Below, one piece after another: positions 51,351-63,337 of a stretch of 64,000 nucleotides of DNA. The stretch is from assembly GCF_016433145.1 (NCBI RefSeq), contig NC_058135.1, forward strand, positions 42,711,099 to 42,775,098, read 5' to 3'. The notes below the pieces were generated by a model, which was not told where the DNA came from, ran no database searches, and saw only the letters and a program-made list of their open reading frames with translations. The stretch is from Gracilinanus agilis (lineage: Eukaryota). Made by a program: the position numbers and the translations under genes. How positions within the stretch are numbered: position 1 is the stretch's first letter; every line of letters starts with the position of its first letter.

Positions 51351-54173
51351 AAAAAATTAATATTTTATTTTTTCCCTCAATTACATAAAAAACAATTCTT
51401 TTAATCTTTGGGGTTTTTTTAAGTTTGAGTCAAATTCTCACTCCCCATCCCCAACTGAGATGGCAAGCAACCTGATACAGATTTACACATGTAATGATGT
51501 AAAACCTTCCATATCAGTCATTTTGTGAAAGAGAACTAGGACAACCAAAAGGAAATTAATAAAGTGAATGTCTCGGTCTATATTCAAACTCCATCAGTTC
51601 TTTCTCTGGAGGCAGATGGTGTTTTTCATCATGAGTCCTTGAGGACAATTATATTGCTACGAATAGTTAAGTCATTCACAAATATTCAACACGTTGCTTG
51701 ATCTTTGCTCTTACTTACATTGCTCTTACTATGTACAATGTTCTCCTGGTTCTGCTCACTTCATTTTGTGTTGAGGTCTTTCTAGGTTTTCCTTAAATGA
51801 TCCTTCTTATCATTTCTTATAGCACAACAGTATTCCATCACAATCACATACCACAACTTGTTCAGTCATTCCTCAACTGATGGAAATCCTCTGTTTCCAA
51901 TTCTTTGTCACCAAAGAGCTGCACAAACAGATTCTATTCCCCTTTTAAAATCTCTTTGGGATACAGATCTACTAGTGATAATACTGGATTCAAAGAGAAT
52001 GCACAGTTTTAAAGTCTTTGGACATTGTTCCAAATTGCTCTCCAGAATGCTTAGATCAGTTCACAACTCCACCAGCAATGCTTTATTTTTCTTGGGTTTT
52101 TTTTTTTAGTCTCCGTTTTCTTTCACAACACGAATAATATGTAAATATGTTTTGCATGTTTGCACATGTTATAACATATAAAATTGCTTGCCTTTTCGAT
52201 GGTGGGGTAGAAGAAAGGGAAGGAGAAAACTTCGAATTTAAAAATGTAAAAATTAATATTAAAAAATGTTTGGAAAGAACATAGTTTAAAAACTACAAAG
52301 TTTTTAAAAACTAATCTTAAAAAATGAAAAACAACATTACTTTTCTTCAGCATAAACTTTCAATAGTGATTAATGGAAATTAAAGAGCAAGGAAGAAATT
52401 TTCCACTTTAGATCTAAAGTACAGTACAGATCTTGTTCCTTTTCTCACAGTCCCTCATCAAGATTCCAATAGATCTCTATTACAGAATCGAAATACAAAA
52501 TCCTGCTTGGATTTAAAGGTCTCTTTCAACTGATCCTGCCTACCTTTCTAGATTCTTACACTTTATTCCACATACTCTGCACCTAAGTGACTGTTCTGCG
52601 TGTAGGACATGCCATCATCTCCTGACTGTACATTTTTATTGGCTACCCCTAAGTTTGGAATGCTGTCTATTCTCTTTCATGCCTCTGGCGTCATTCAAAT
52701 TTCAAGTAAAATCTCACCTTCTGTAAAAACTTTCCCAGTATCTTCCAAGTTGAGATTGCCTCTAATTTACTCTGTATGCATCTGATATGTACACAGCTGT
52801 TTGCATGTTTCCCTCCCAAGGTTAAATGGGAGGCTCCTTGAAGGCAGAGAGTTTTTGCCTCACTTTGTACCTCCAGTACTTAGTACAGGGACTGGTACAT
52901 AGTAAGAGTTATAAGCATTTGTTAATATAGCTTGAGATTTTAAATAGAAGCAGACAGGTTGACCAGCTGAAAGTTCACATTTATAATCTTTCAGATGAAA
53001 ATTGAGATTACGCCAATGATCACAACATAGTATGATGAGGACCTAGCCCCAATGGGAAATTCCTAGGGACATTAAAAATGAAGACACTAATATCTGCAGT
53101 TTTGCTTTAGTAATAATAAAGTGTTTCCCTTTCAACAAATGCTTAAGTACTTGCTCAATATAACAGACTGACAGAAAGATAAAAGGGACACAGTGAAGTT
53201 CACTTGGTCTTAAGGAATACATATTCTATTAGGGAGATAATAACTACATTGATAAGTATAAAGATGAGGAGAGTGGAAAGACGAAAGTATAGATCAAAGA
53301 AAGTGCTCCAGGAAAATCTGAGGAAAGAAAAAACACTTTAATTTGTGGGTAGTCAAGTAAGAGTGGGGGGGGGGTACGGGGAGGGGGAAGAAGGGTAAGG
53401 ATCTACAAGATAAATACAATCCCTCTTCTATATGATTTTTCATTGATAATATAGGTAAGATTTGGTTTCTATTCATTAGATTTATACTTGTAAAAAACTC
53501 CAAAATTTTTATGAAAATAAGAATGATGACTCAGATGTGTTTAGATGGCATCTTCTGGGGAAGAGCCTCTCTCATTTCAGCTGGGCTAGTCTGTGTATGA
53601 TGGACACAGTGTTCACTGAAAGGTCCATGCTCTGATATTTCAGCTTAGGGCACCCTGCCTCATTCTACTGGTTTGGTATATTGCTAAACTCCCCACCCAC
53701 CATCATTTGCACTTTCCCAGACCCCATCCCATCCCCAGTTGAAGTCTATTGCTTGCTCTTCCCAGCTTGGTGGCAAGAAAATTATAATAGCAGTTTTATC
53801 CCAGGTGGTGCAAATATGCCTCCTCTCCTGAGTCCTGGGGTGGTAAAGAAAATATAAGATGAAGGAGTAGAAAAGAGAAAGAATAGGTAGAGAAAAATCC
53901 AAAACTCTGAGGAATGAGTATTCTTTCCTGACATCAGTTTAAACATTTAGTGTCCCAAATGCTCATGGCCAAGGATACTGCTCCACAAACCAAAAAATAT
54001 GGAGTACAATTGGCTGAGCCTCACCAGACTCTCACTAGGCTGATATGGCTTTCATGAACCAAGGGTTATCTCTATAAGCAAGATGAAACATCAGATTAGG
54101 GCAGGGTAACAGGAAAAGTTTAAGACTGCCACATAACACAAGTAAAAGATTGGGAAAAAATATTCAATACCAC

Positions 54174-54398
54174 CTTCAGTGTCACATCACAAAGTTCACC
54201 ATCTTCATAAAATCGTAGGAGAGAACTGTGAAAATCTTTCCAAGCTTCATTGGCTTCAAATGTGTAAGATTCTTCTCTGTTACCATCAATATTTGAGGAT
54301 ATGTCCTCCTGCTGTCGATGAGGTGGCTGCTGCTGGTGGTTTTTTCCTTTTATCAAATAAGTCTTAGATGGTTCTGGGCACAAAGATTCTGAAGCCAT
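54174..54398 (-). CDS. KLHL8: KLHL8 coding exon 1 (N-terminus, start of BTB)
   Basis: MASESLCPEP...FEANEAWKDFHSSLLRFYEDGELCDVTLK; donor AAG|GTGGTA. In-frame upstream ATGs exist at 54407 and 54437; 54398 was chosen by similarity to the human MASDS start. Confidence 0.93.
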
Positions 54399-54533
54399 TG
54401 TCAACATTTCTCTTTCAACACTGATTTGTTCACACATTTCCCACTGGTTTTTAAAAGTTTTTTTAGGGGTGAGGAGAAATAGAGCCCATTGATCTTCACA
54501 TACTTTTCGTGTTTAGTTCAATTTGCCATTTCC
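54399..54533 (-). other. KLHL8: KLHL8 5'UTR part of the first coding exon
   Basis: Long pyrimidine tract (ttttttttcccctccttatctactaatag) with AG at 54535-54534 implies the exon starts at 54533 and a non-coding exon lies further upstream. Confidence 0.7.
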
Positions 54534-54927
54534 CTATTAGTAGATAAGGAGGGGAAAAAAAAACATCATTAGTATTACATACTGCTTATTCTCTAGTTCT
54601 AATCTCAGTCATGAAAATCAAAGCCAGAAAAATATCTCAAGTACCAGGGTAGAGGCTCTACACTTCAGATAACAATTATAAATTTATTTATAATTATCAT
54701 TATAAATAAATTTATATTTATATAAAAATATAAAAATAACAATTGTAAAATTATTTATAATGTTAATGAATTCTCATCAGAATTAGTCAAATTATCTTGA
54801 AGCACAATGAATTAGATGCTTGTGACATGCCAGCTGTCATTTGAAAGGGACTGTTCTTGATAAAAGCTATGATGTTAAATTTAGTCTAGTCTAGTAGTCA
54901 TCCCCAGTGATTTTAAAAGATATTCTT

Positions 54928-55122
54928 GGGGCAGCTGGGTAGCTCAGTGGATTGAGAGCCAGGCCTAGAGATGGGAGGTCCTAGGTTCAAATCCGGCCTC
55001 AGACACTTCCCAGCTGTGTGACTCTGGGCAAGTCACTTGACCCCCATTGCCTACCCTTACCACTCTTCCACCTATAAGTCAATACATAGAAGTTAAGGGT
55101 TTAAAAGAAAAAAAAAAGAAAG
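54928..55122 (+). mobile_element. Young SINE1-type SINE
   Basis: 13-bp TSD AAAAGATATTCTT at 54915-54927 and 55123-55135; intact A/B boxes. Confidence 0.95.
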
Positions 55123-55149
55123 AAAAGATATTCTTAAAATATTTTTAAA

Positions 55150-55870
55150 AGACATTCATTTCACAGTTGATAAATGGTCAAAAGATATGAGCAGGCAGTT
55201 TTTGGATGAAGAAATCAAAGCTAAATTATAAAGCTATATGAAAAAATCATTATTGATTAGAGAAATGCAAATCAAAACAACTGAGGTATGACCTCACACT
55301 TATCAGATTGGTTAAAATGATAAAAGGGCAAAATGACAAATGTTGAAGGGGATGTAGAAAAATGGGGACATAAATACATTGTTGATGGAAATGTGAACTC
55401 ATCCAAACATTCTGGAGTTGGAATTATAATCAAAGTTATAAAACTGTGTATACAGACTGACTCTAAAATATCACTATTGGGTTTATTTCCTAAACTGATC
55501 AAGGAAAAAGGGAAAGGAACTATATGCTCTAAAATAGCCGCTCTTTGTAGTGGTCAAGAACTGGAAATTGAAGGGAAGCTCATCAATTAGGAAATAGCTA
55601 AACAAGTTGTGGCATATGATTGTGATAGAATACTACTGCTCTGTAACAAATGACAAATAGGTAAATTTTACAAAAATATTGCTTGAAAAATTATTTGTAT
55701 ATGTCTACTTCCAGAGAAATAACTGATAAACAGAAATAAGTAAGATATAATTTTACATATATATATTTTTTTGTCAAATGATGCCTTCTCTAATAAGATG
55801 AGGGGTGGAAGTGAATTAAGCATCTCAATATTTTAAATGTTACACATAAATAAATTTTTAAAAAGATTCT
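55150..55870 (+). mobile_element. Old LINE-1 3' fragment
   Basis: gataaatggtcaaaagatatgagcaggcagtttttggatgaagaaatcaaagc..., the same ORF2 C-terminal sequence as the other L1 copies. Further fragments lie at ~20200-20900 (-), 25285-25741 (+), 48220-48650 (+), 51360-52085 (-) and 57020-57760 (+). Confidence 0.7.
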
Positions 55871-56635
55871 TTTGTTAGATTTAGCTCAAAAATCAATATA
55901 GAAAATTTTCAATCAAAAAATTTTTTTCTTTAAAAATGACAGAATCTTGCCTCCATTATCAGTAGTATCATATGACACAGAATATTCTTTTTTTGGCCCC
56001 AGAAGACAGAACTAATAATGATTGGAAGGTACAGAGACATATTTAAGCTCGTAAGCAAAAATATCCTACTAGTTAGAAGAGAATATACTACTTAAGAAGG
56101 GGTTTCTGCCTTACAATGCTGGATGATGGCTTGTCAGGGACATTATAGAGATTTTTTGTTCAGGCATGGGTTAGACATCTACAGATGTCCAAGTTACTAT
56201 CTATCTTTGAAACTTTGTAATGTCTACATTGGTGGTATCAAACCCAAATAGAAAAGGATGTATTATTATGGGTTTCACATTGACTTCATCTTAAAATGTA
56301 ATATTATCTTTGTTTTTATGTTTTGTTAAATACTTCTCAATTATGAATTAATTTGGTTTAGATTACACATGGTAGTATTGTGGGTCACTTCTGGAACTTG
56401 TGTTTGTCACTTTTTGTTTATACTCATAGAGGTCTCATTTAGCCCTACCAGAGCTATGCTGACATGGCTTTTATGAACTCGGGTTTCTCTCTATGCCAAG
56501 ATGAGATTTCAGAATAGTGCAAAGTAACAGAAAAAAAAGCTTAAGATTCTCACAAAGCACAAAGTAATAGATATGAAGGCTATACACAATACAACCTTGA
56601 ATGTCACATCAGTATTCTTCAAAAAGTCATAGGAG

Positions 56636-56840
56636 GGGGAGCAGCTGGGTGGCTCAGTGGACTGAGAGCCAGGTTTGGAGATGGGAGGTCTTGGGTTCAA
56701 ATCTGACTTCAAACACTTCATAGCTATGTGTGACCCTGGGCAAGTCACAGCTTCCACTGCCTAGCCCTTAACACTCTTCTGCCTTGGAACCAACACACAG
56801 TATTGAGTCTAAGACAGAAGATAAGGGTCGTTAAAAAAAA
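56636..56840 (+). mobile_element. Older SINE1/MAR-type SINE (representative of many)
   Basis: Diverged head and core. Similar copies at ~14890-15065, 24855-25040, 26765-26960, 30950-31150, 35270-35460, 46730-46900 and 59484-59680. Confidence 0.75.
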
Positions 56841-59800
56841 AAAAGTAATGAGGGAACTTGCTGGTTTCAAAAGGTAGGCCTCTTCTCCGATGGAGATAAC
56901 ATGCCATTGTACTTTATATATGGAAAAGCCTAGGTTAATTTTACTACTTTATAAACTTATTAACAAAGAAAGAAGCAAGAAAAGCAGGAAACTGTGGTGG
57001 GGGTGGGGCAATCACAGCAAGTTTCTCTGATAAAGGTCTCATTTCTCATTTCTAAAAATAAGAGCCATTCCTCAAGGATAAGTGATCAAACTATAAGAAC
57101 AGGCATTTTTCATAAGAATAAATCAAAGCTACCAAGTCATATGAAAAAATGCTTTAGGATATGAATAATTAGAGATGCAAAATAAAACAACTCTGTGGGA
57201 TCATATCACACCCATTAGATTGACTAAAATGACAGAAAATGAAAATGACAAATGCTAGAGGGGAAGTAGAAAAATAGGTACACAAATTTCACTTCAATAA
57301 AATACAAAGTAAACACTAATGTGCTGTTGATGGAGCCATTCTAGAGAACAATTTGGAACTATGTCCAAAGGATCATAAAACTACACAATAGCACTACTGG
57401 TCTATACCCCAAAGAGAACAAAGAAAAAGGAAAAGGACCCATGTATACAAAAACAGAAGCTCTTTTTTGGGATGGTAATGAATTAGAAAATGGAAATTGA
57501 GGGGAAGTCCATTAATTAGGGAATGGATGAATAAGCTACAGCTTATATGACTGTGATACAATACTATTGTCCTATAAGAAATGATGAAGGGATAGTTTCA
57601 GAAAAATCTGGAAAGACTTATATGAAGAGATGCAAAATGAAGTTAACAGAACCAGGAGAATACAATGGGCAAAGTAACAGCAATACTGTAGCAATAATTA
57701 ATGGCAACTCTTATAAAAGCAATCAATCTTGACAATTCCAAAGGAATATATAAACATGAACCCTTTTTAAAAAAAATGTACTTGTCTAATATGAACTGAA
57801 TAGATACTACTTTGATTGCTTTTTTAATAACCTAGGGGTGTTAAAAGCAGCATGCTCTCTCAGACTGGCATGGCTCACATAACTGAATAATTCATAAAAA
57901 GATTCTCCCTCTGTTGCCAATACCATTTATATATCCTATAATTATTCAGATCTAGAAACCACAACAGGTTTTAAAAATCCTTAGAAGTGATAATTGGTTT
58001 TTTCCTCTGCAGTTGGCTTTTAAAATCATAGTAACTTAACTAAAAGTTTTTTCTAAAAGCTTATAATTACATAATACCCAATTTTATAAGCTTATTTAGT
58101 AAAATCTGATACCAAAACAGAGCATATTTTTAAAATTCTACTTTTTCTTTCATAAAAAGCAAAGAATTTTAAAAGCAATTTCTAAGTCAAGTTGCATATT
58201 TATTTTAAACATATATAACTAACTGTAATATCATGATCAAAATTTTTCTTTTTCCAAAGGGAATTTGTTTTTTAGGTATTTGGTCACAAATCAATTGAAG
58301 CCCAGAAACAGAAGACTTTAGTTATTAAATATTCCCAACATGGTATACTCATTCAATACAATTTTCTCATTTTTTAAATCTCTAAAATCTGACCAGTAGT
58401 AGTAACCTATCTATCTCAATGATTAATAAACTACAAAGGAGCACTGGGGACAGAGAAACAACGGATTTTAGGCAACTTCTGATTAATGGACCTATTACTT
58501 TATCCAGAAGAAATCTTGCTTTCAAATTCTTATAGACAAGTAGGACAATCCTTTGCCCAATTAAATTTTGCATGCATTTCATTTGACCTTCAATATAGCA
58601 GGATAGTTTTTGAAATTAAAGTGCACATGACTACTTTCCTAGTCCAGAAAAACTTTTATCTAGGAAAACACAACGGTTCTGCTTTTATCAATTTGAGAGC
58701 TGTTGATAGATATTTCTACAGATGAAGAGTTGCAGACAGTGAATTAAGTTTCTGGGCTAAACTGCAACAAACATTCTGCTGCTAAAAGTAATTCTAACAA
58801 GGCAGACCAACAAAATGCTATTAGTTTTAATATACACTTGGGATTTCACTGACAGACAATCTCTCCAAAGATATAAATTGCAATCCATTCATGCCTGCCC
58901 ATCCTGTGTAACTCTCACCAGTAACTTCCTCTAAATTTACCAAATAGGGTCACCTAACGTTTTGATGCTTTCCTCAAGCTCTCCATGTGAATACATCAAT
59001 GGAGCCTGCAGGATAGACACTTCTCACTTTTGCTGTGAGAAGTTTGTCTTATGGTTGTATATTTCTCTGAAGACTTCTTTCATACAACTTCTGCTGAATA
59101 AATATCTCATGGGGTAATATGCTATCCCCGTCCACATCTACCAGGCATTCTTCCACTGCCAGTGTGAGGCCCTTAACTTGTGTTTCACAGATTACATAGC
59201 ATAGTAGTCCATGATTCAGAGCCAGCTATCATACCAGAAGAATGCTATTTAAAAAGATGGGTCTTTGAACAAAGGTAATAAATTACAGTAGGAATAATTC
59301 AGAAGAAATCTGACATTAAGAGAATAATGTATCATATTCACTTTCAGGTAACAACTAATTAAGCAAGACTTAAAAACTCAGGTGTTCTGAGTTTAACTCT
59401 GGTACACTTTCCATAATGCCATGCAGGCTTTCCCTGTGATGACAATCAATACCATTAGAATGAATTATAAAAACTTCACTGGAAGGCAACTAAGTGGCTC
59501 AGTGCATTGAGAGCCAGCCATGGAGACAGGGGTTCTTGGGTTCAAATGTGCCCTTAAGACATACTTCCTAGCTGTGTGACCTTGGGCAAGTCACTTAATC
59601 CCATTTGCCTAGCCCTTAATGCTCTTCCATCTTGGAATCAAAATACAATATTGACTCTAAAACTCTAAGGGTTTAAAAATACATTTTTAGAAAACTTCAC
59701 CAAATAGAAGATAGGCAAAATAATCACATCTTGTTCACTAATTTAGACTATCCTAGGCTATTTCCAGAAAGAGACATTATTATAAGTGTTGCCATAAATA

Positions 59801-60285
59801 TGTTTCCTTAGTCAACTGGGGGCTACAACAAAAGTTACCAAATATCCATTTTGTTTGAAAAGATTTTCATATCACAGGAGATGCCAAAACTAGGTTTCCA
59901 AAGTAAATACTGAAATTGAAGGGGGAGAAGGGAAAATAAGATTTTATATCAGGACATCCTATCATACGACTTTCTTTCATGTATTTTAATATCCAGGAAA
60001 ATGAGACCTTTCCCATGACTTTGTGCATGTCCTGATCTGTGTTTTTAAACATTCCACTTCTTTTAACTTCTCATACCCCATTTCAATATTTTAAAATCTC
60101 TTTCCCATTCTTCAAGACCTAAATCTGTGACAAGTCCCTCCCTTTGGAATATGTATAATTATCAGTCTGGCTTCCTTGAATCTACTCTGTATATTGCTTT
60201 GGTTTAGCTAATTATTTACATGTTATTTCCTCCATTAGAATTTAGTTTCTTGAGGGGAGTGTATGTTTTCTGGCTCTCTATATCC

Positions 60286-60754
60286 TGTGAAAATATATTC
60301 ACTTATTGTGTGAATAATACCCATATCGGAGTCCAGGGGTCCTGGATTACAGAGAATTCCTTTGTCCAGGGCCTGGATTAGAGGCTCAGACTTGTCGGCT
60401 GACTTTTACAAATTAACTACTCACCAATCAGAGATGTCTGGGGATGTCCCAGGGAGGGCTGAATAACAAGCTCCCAAAACTGTATTTAGGGGTAATGCCT
60501 ATGGAGTCTTTGGTCATTGACCTATCAAATTACAGGTTATATGCTAGCCTAATCAATAATTGATATTCTTACTCCAAAACCTAAGGGGGTGGAGCTGGGA
60601 ATATTGCTACACTGGGAAAGGGAAATGGCCAAGAAGGTGGGGGGTGAGTGAGCCTTGGAAGGGGAAAAGCCTCCCCAATGCTATGGGGGATTTAAGAGGG
60701 TTGCCCTATAGCTTGAAGGCAGACCTAGTCAAGTATTTAAAAATAAATCCTAAC
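60286..60754 (+). mobile_element. Possible LTR fragment
   Basis: Starts TGTGAA; has CCAATCAG and TGTATTTAGGG promoter-like motifs; no TSD; right boundary uncertain. Confidence 0.35.
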
Positions 60755-61870
60755 CAGAGGCAGCTGGTGGCACAGTGGATAGAGTGTTGGGCCTAGAGTC
60801 AGGAAGACTACTGAGTTTAATCTGGCCTCAAAAGATAAAGTTATAATTTTTTTACCTGGTCAATTTCAGAAAATTACCAATCACAAATGCTTCTCAGCCT
60901 ATGTTAACTGGCAAATTAGGAAAGTCTCTCATAATAAAACTCCTATGTTACTAAAAATTTGCATTATAAGGGTTTTCTTTTCTCACATAGTCAGAGTACT
61001 ATCTTAAATAGTGTGTAAAATCAAATCAACAAACATTTATTATTTACTATGTGCTAGGCAACTATGCTAAATGCTGGGAATCACACACAAACAAAAGAGA
61101 TAATTAGGCTCTGCCATTACTAAGTATAGGCATGAAGATGCTCAATCCAATGGAAGAAGCAACACATAAAAAAAGGAGCTGAAAAGGGGGGTTGGGGAGT
61201 AAGGAAATACCTGTACATAGTAACATGAGTGAAAAATCTGGAGACTCAGAAGCAAAATTGAGAGAGGAATGAAGAAGTGAACATGGCTGGCTTTGGCAGT
61301 TCTTTGGTTGAAGGTTCCAAAAGGAATTCAACAATAGAGAATGCAGGGATCATAGGGATAAAAGGGTTTTCCAAGATGAGAGAGCTACCGAAACATGGTA
61401 AAGAAAAAATTAGGAACAAAGCCCAGAAAAGAATTAAGGGTCTTGGCTGGCTAAAACCTTCCTTAAAATTTCCATGAGAATGATCAATCAATACAGGGAA
61501 AGAAACCATATGGTGAGAAGGTGACTATCTAACTGTTCCATGGAGAAAATTATAGACTTCATTTGCTTTCAAGCTCTATTTCTCTTTATACTCCAAGCCA
61601 AGAAGCCCAAATAAGAGCTCTGTAATTTATGCTATCTTAAATTCTTGACTTACATCACAAAAGTGAGTTTTGTATTCAATTTTTGGTGAAAATGTTTACC
61701 ATTTTCTACTCACTTATTCCTAACACATTGACTTGCTGCCCAAACTCATTAAAAGCACTGTGAGTGGCACTATTTGCCTATTAAATCCTTACTAAGCTTT
61801 AGGGAAACTAAATAGCAATTGATTCAGAAATGGGAGTTGGCCTTAAATTAAACAGCACTATGTCCTAGCA

Positions 61871-62393
61871 CTGTGATGGTGAACCTATGGCACACAAAGA
61901 CCTCTCTGTGGACATGGGTAGGCCCCTGACTTGGCTGGCTGGGGTGGCCCTGCCTCCAAATTGCAGGGGCTAAGCCCAGCTGAGCTTGGCTCAGCCTGAG
62001 GTGGGCTGAGCTATGCCCTTCTGCCCTACCCACCAGCCTCTTCCAGGCAAGCAGTGGTGGCCACACCCTGCAGGCCTCCTGGAGCCAAGGAGAGTACAGT
62101 GGCTATGCCACTCAGGCCCCAGGAGCTGAGCTGCAAGAGTAATGGACCTGACCCTCTGGCCACAAAAGCAGAGGGATGCAGCTACCAGGGTTGGTAGCTT
62201 GACTCTGCCCTGCAAATGCAAGGGGAGGGTATAGGGCACTGGAGTCTCCTGGAGGAGCTCAGTCTCCTCCCCTGGCTTTACCCCCAAAACACAGGGGTGG
62301 GTGGGGCATGGCACACAAAGAGGGATGGGCACTGGCACATGGGTAGGACATAGCACAAGTCCCTAAAAAGTCCAAAAAGGTACTCCATCACTG
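61871..62393. mobile_element. hAT (Charlie-group) non-autonomous DNA transposon / MITE
   Basis: Perfect 8-bp TSD TCCTAGCA (61863-61870, 62394-62401); 16-bp TIRs CTGTGATGGTGAACCT / revcomp CAGTGATGGAGTACCT, 13/16 match. Confidence 0.88.
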
Positions 62394-62527
62394 TCCTAGC
62401 AACTTATCTCTAGGGAAATATATTAGTTCCCTAGCTGTGTGATCCTGGGCAAGTCACTTAACCCCAATTGCCTAGCCCTTATTGCTTTTCTGCCTTAGAA
62501 TTGATACTGAGTATCGAATCTAAGTTT

Positions 62528-63337
62528 TGTTAGGGTAAGAATTTAATGAGCTAATTAACTTAGAAGGATTTAGTTTAGAGAAAGAGTTTTGGATTTTACT
62601 TTGGATCCTTTAAACAGGAAGAAAAGACTTGTCTGTGGGTGACTTTAAGAGAATTGCATGATAGGAGAGTCAGTGCATTGGTCACTCAGAGCTTACTCGC
62701 TTGGAGCAGGTGTCTGGACAGTTTGCTCTGATCAATCTGTGAAGGTTTTTCATGAGAGTTAACTTTGGAGAAATTGAGAAATATCTTTAGATCTGAAGAT
62801 GATTAGTTGGAGTGAGCAGTTTTTCTCTGAGAGGGAAAAAAACGGCCAGAGGGGGCGCTGTTTCCTCTCACTGAAGCAGTGTCCGTTTCTGGCACCCTGC
62901 TGAGAAGAGATCAAACCTAACAGTCACTTTTTGACAATTAGTTTGAGGAAGCTGGTGAATTTTTTATAGATAATTTAAGAAGAATTATATGATTTTAGAT
63001 AATCTATTAAGAAAGCTTTATTTAAATAGATTTAATCTTTAGATAGTAAGAATAGATCAGTGTAGGTTTACCCTGGTGAACAAAGAAGCAGTCCCTTGAG
63101 GGACACAGGGGGTTCTAGGTTGTAGTTAGAAATCTTAGCGTTAGATTATTTAATAGATTCTACTTTATTTCTACCTTTTATCCTGTCCCTGCCCTTTCAC
63201 TTAATTATAAATAAATAAGGAGTTGAATTAAGCTGCATCCAGCAAATTCATAAACCATCTTCAATCAGAGCTCCCTGAAAGTGTTAGCCTATCAATATCA
63301 ACTGGCTATCAATATCAATATATCAATATACATAACA
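62528..63337 (+). mobile_element. Solo LTR (class I ERV-like) inserted at the tail of a truncated SINE
   Basis: Inverted termini TGTTA...TAACA, 4-bp TSD GTTT (62524-62527, 63338-63341), AATAAA near 63210. Confidence 0.85.

Larger units (their letters stand above)
17514..54398 (-). other. KLHL8: KLHL8 coding span: complement(join(17514..17637,18724..18925,29764..29923,30347..30515,37991..38102,39156..39299,40472..40658,43522..44070,54174..54398)), 623 aa
   Basis: Exon lengths 225+549+187+144+112+169+160+202+124 = 1872 nt. All introns are GT-AG and phases are consistent (0,0,1,1,2,0,1,2). Product is BTB-BACK-6xKelch ending ...SSNVVDCM*, as in KLHL8. Confidence 0.97.

Noticed and set aside
58800-59250. 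Possible RTE/CR1-type LINE fragment
   Set aside because: Resemblance too vague to call without a repeat-library search.
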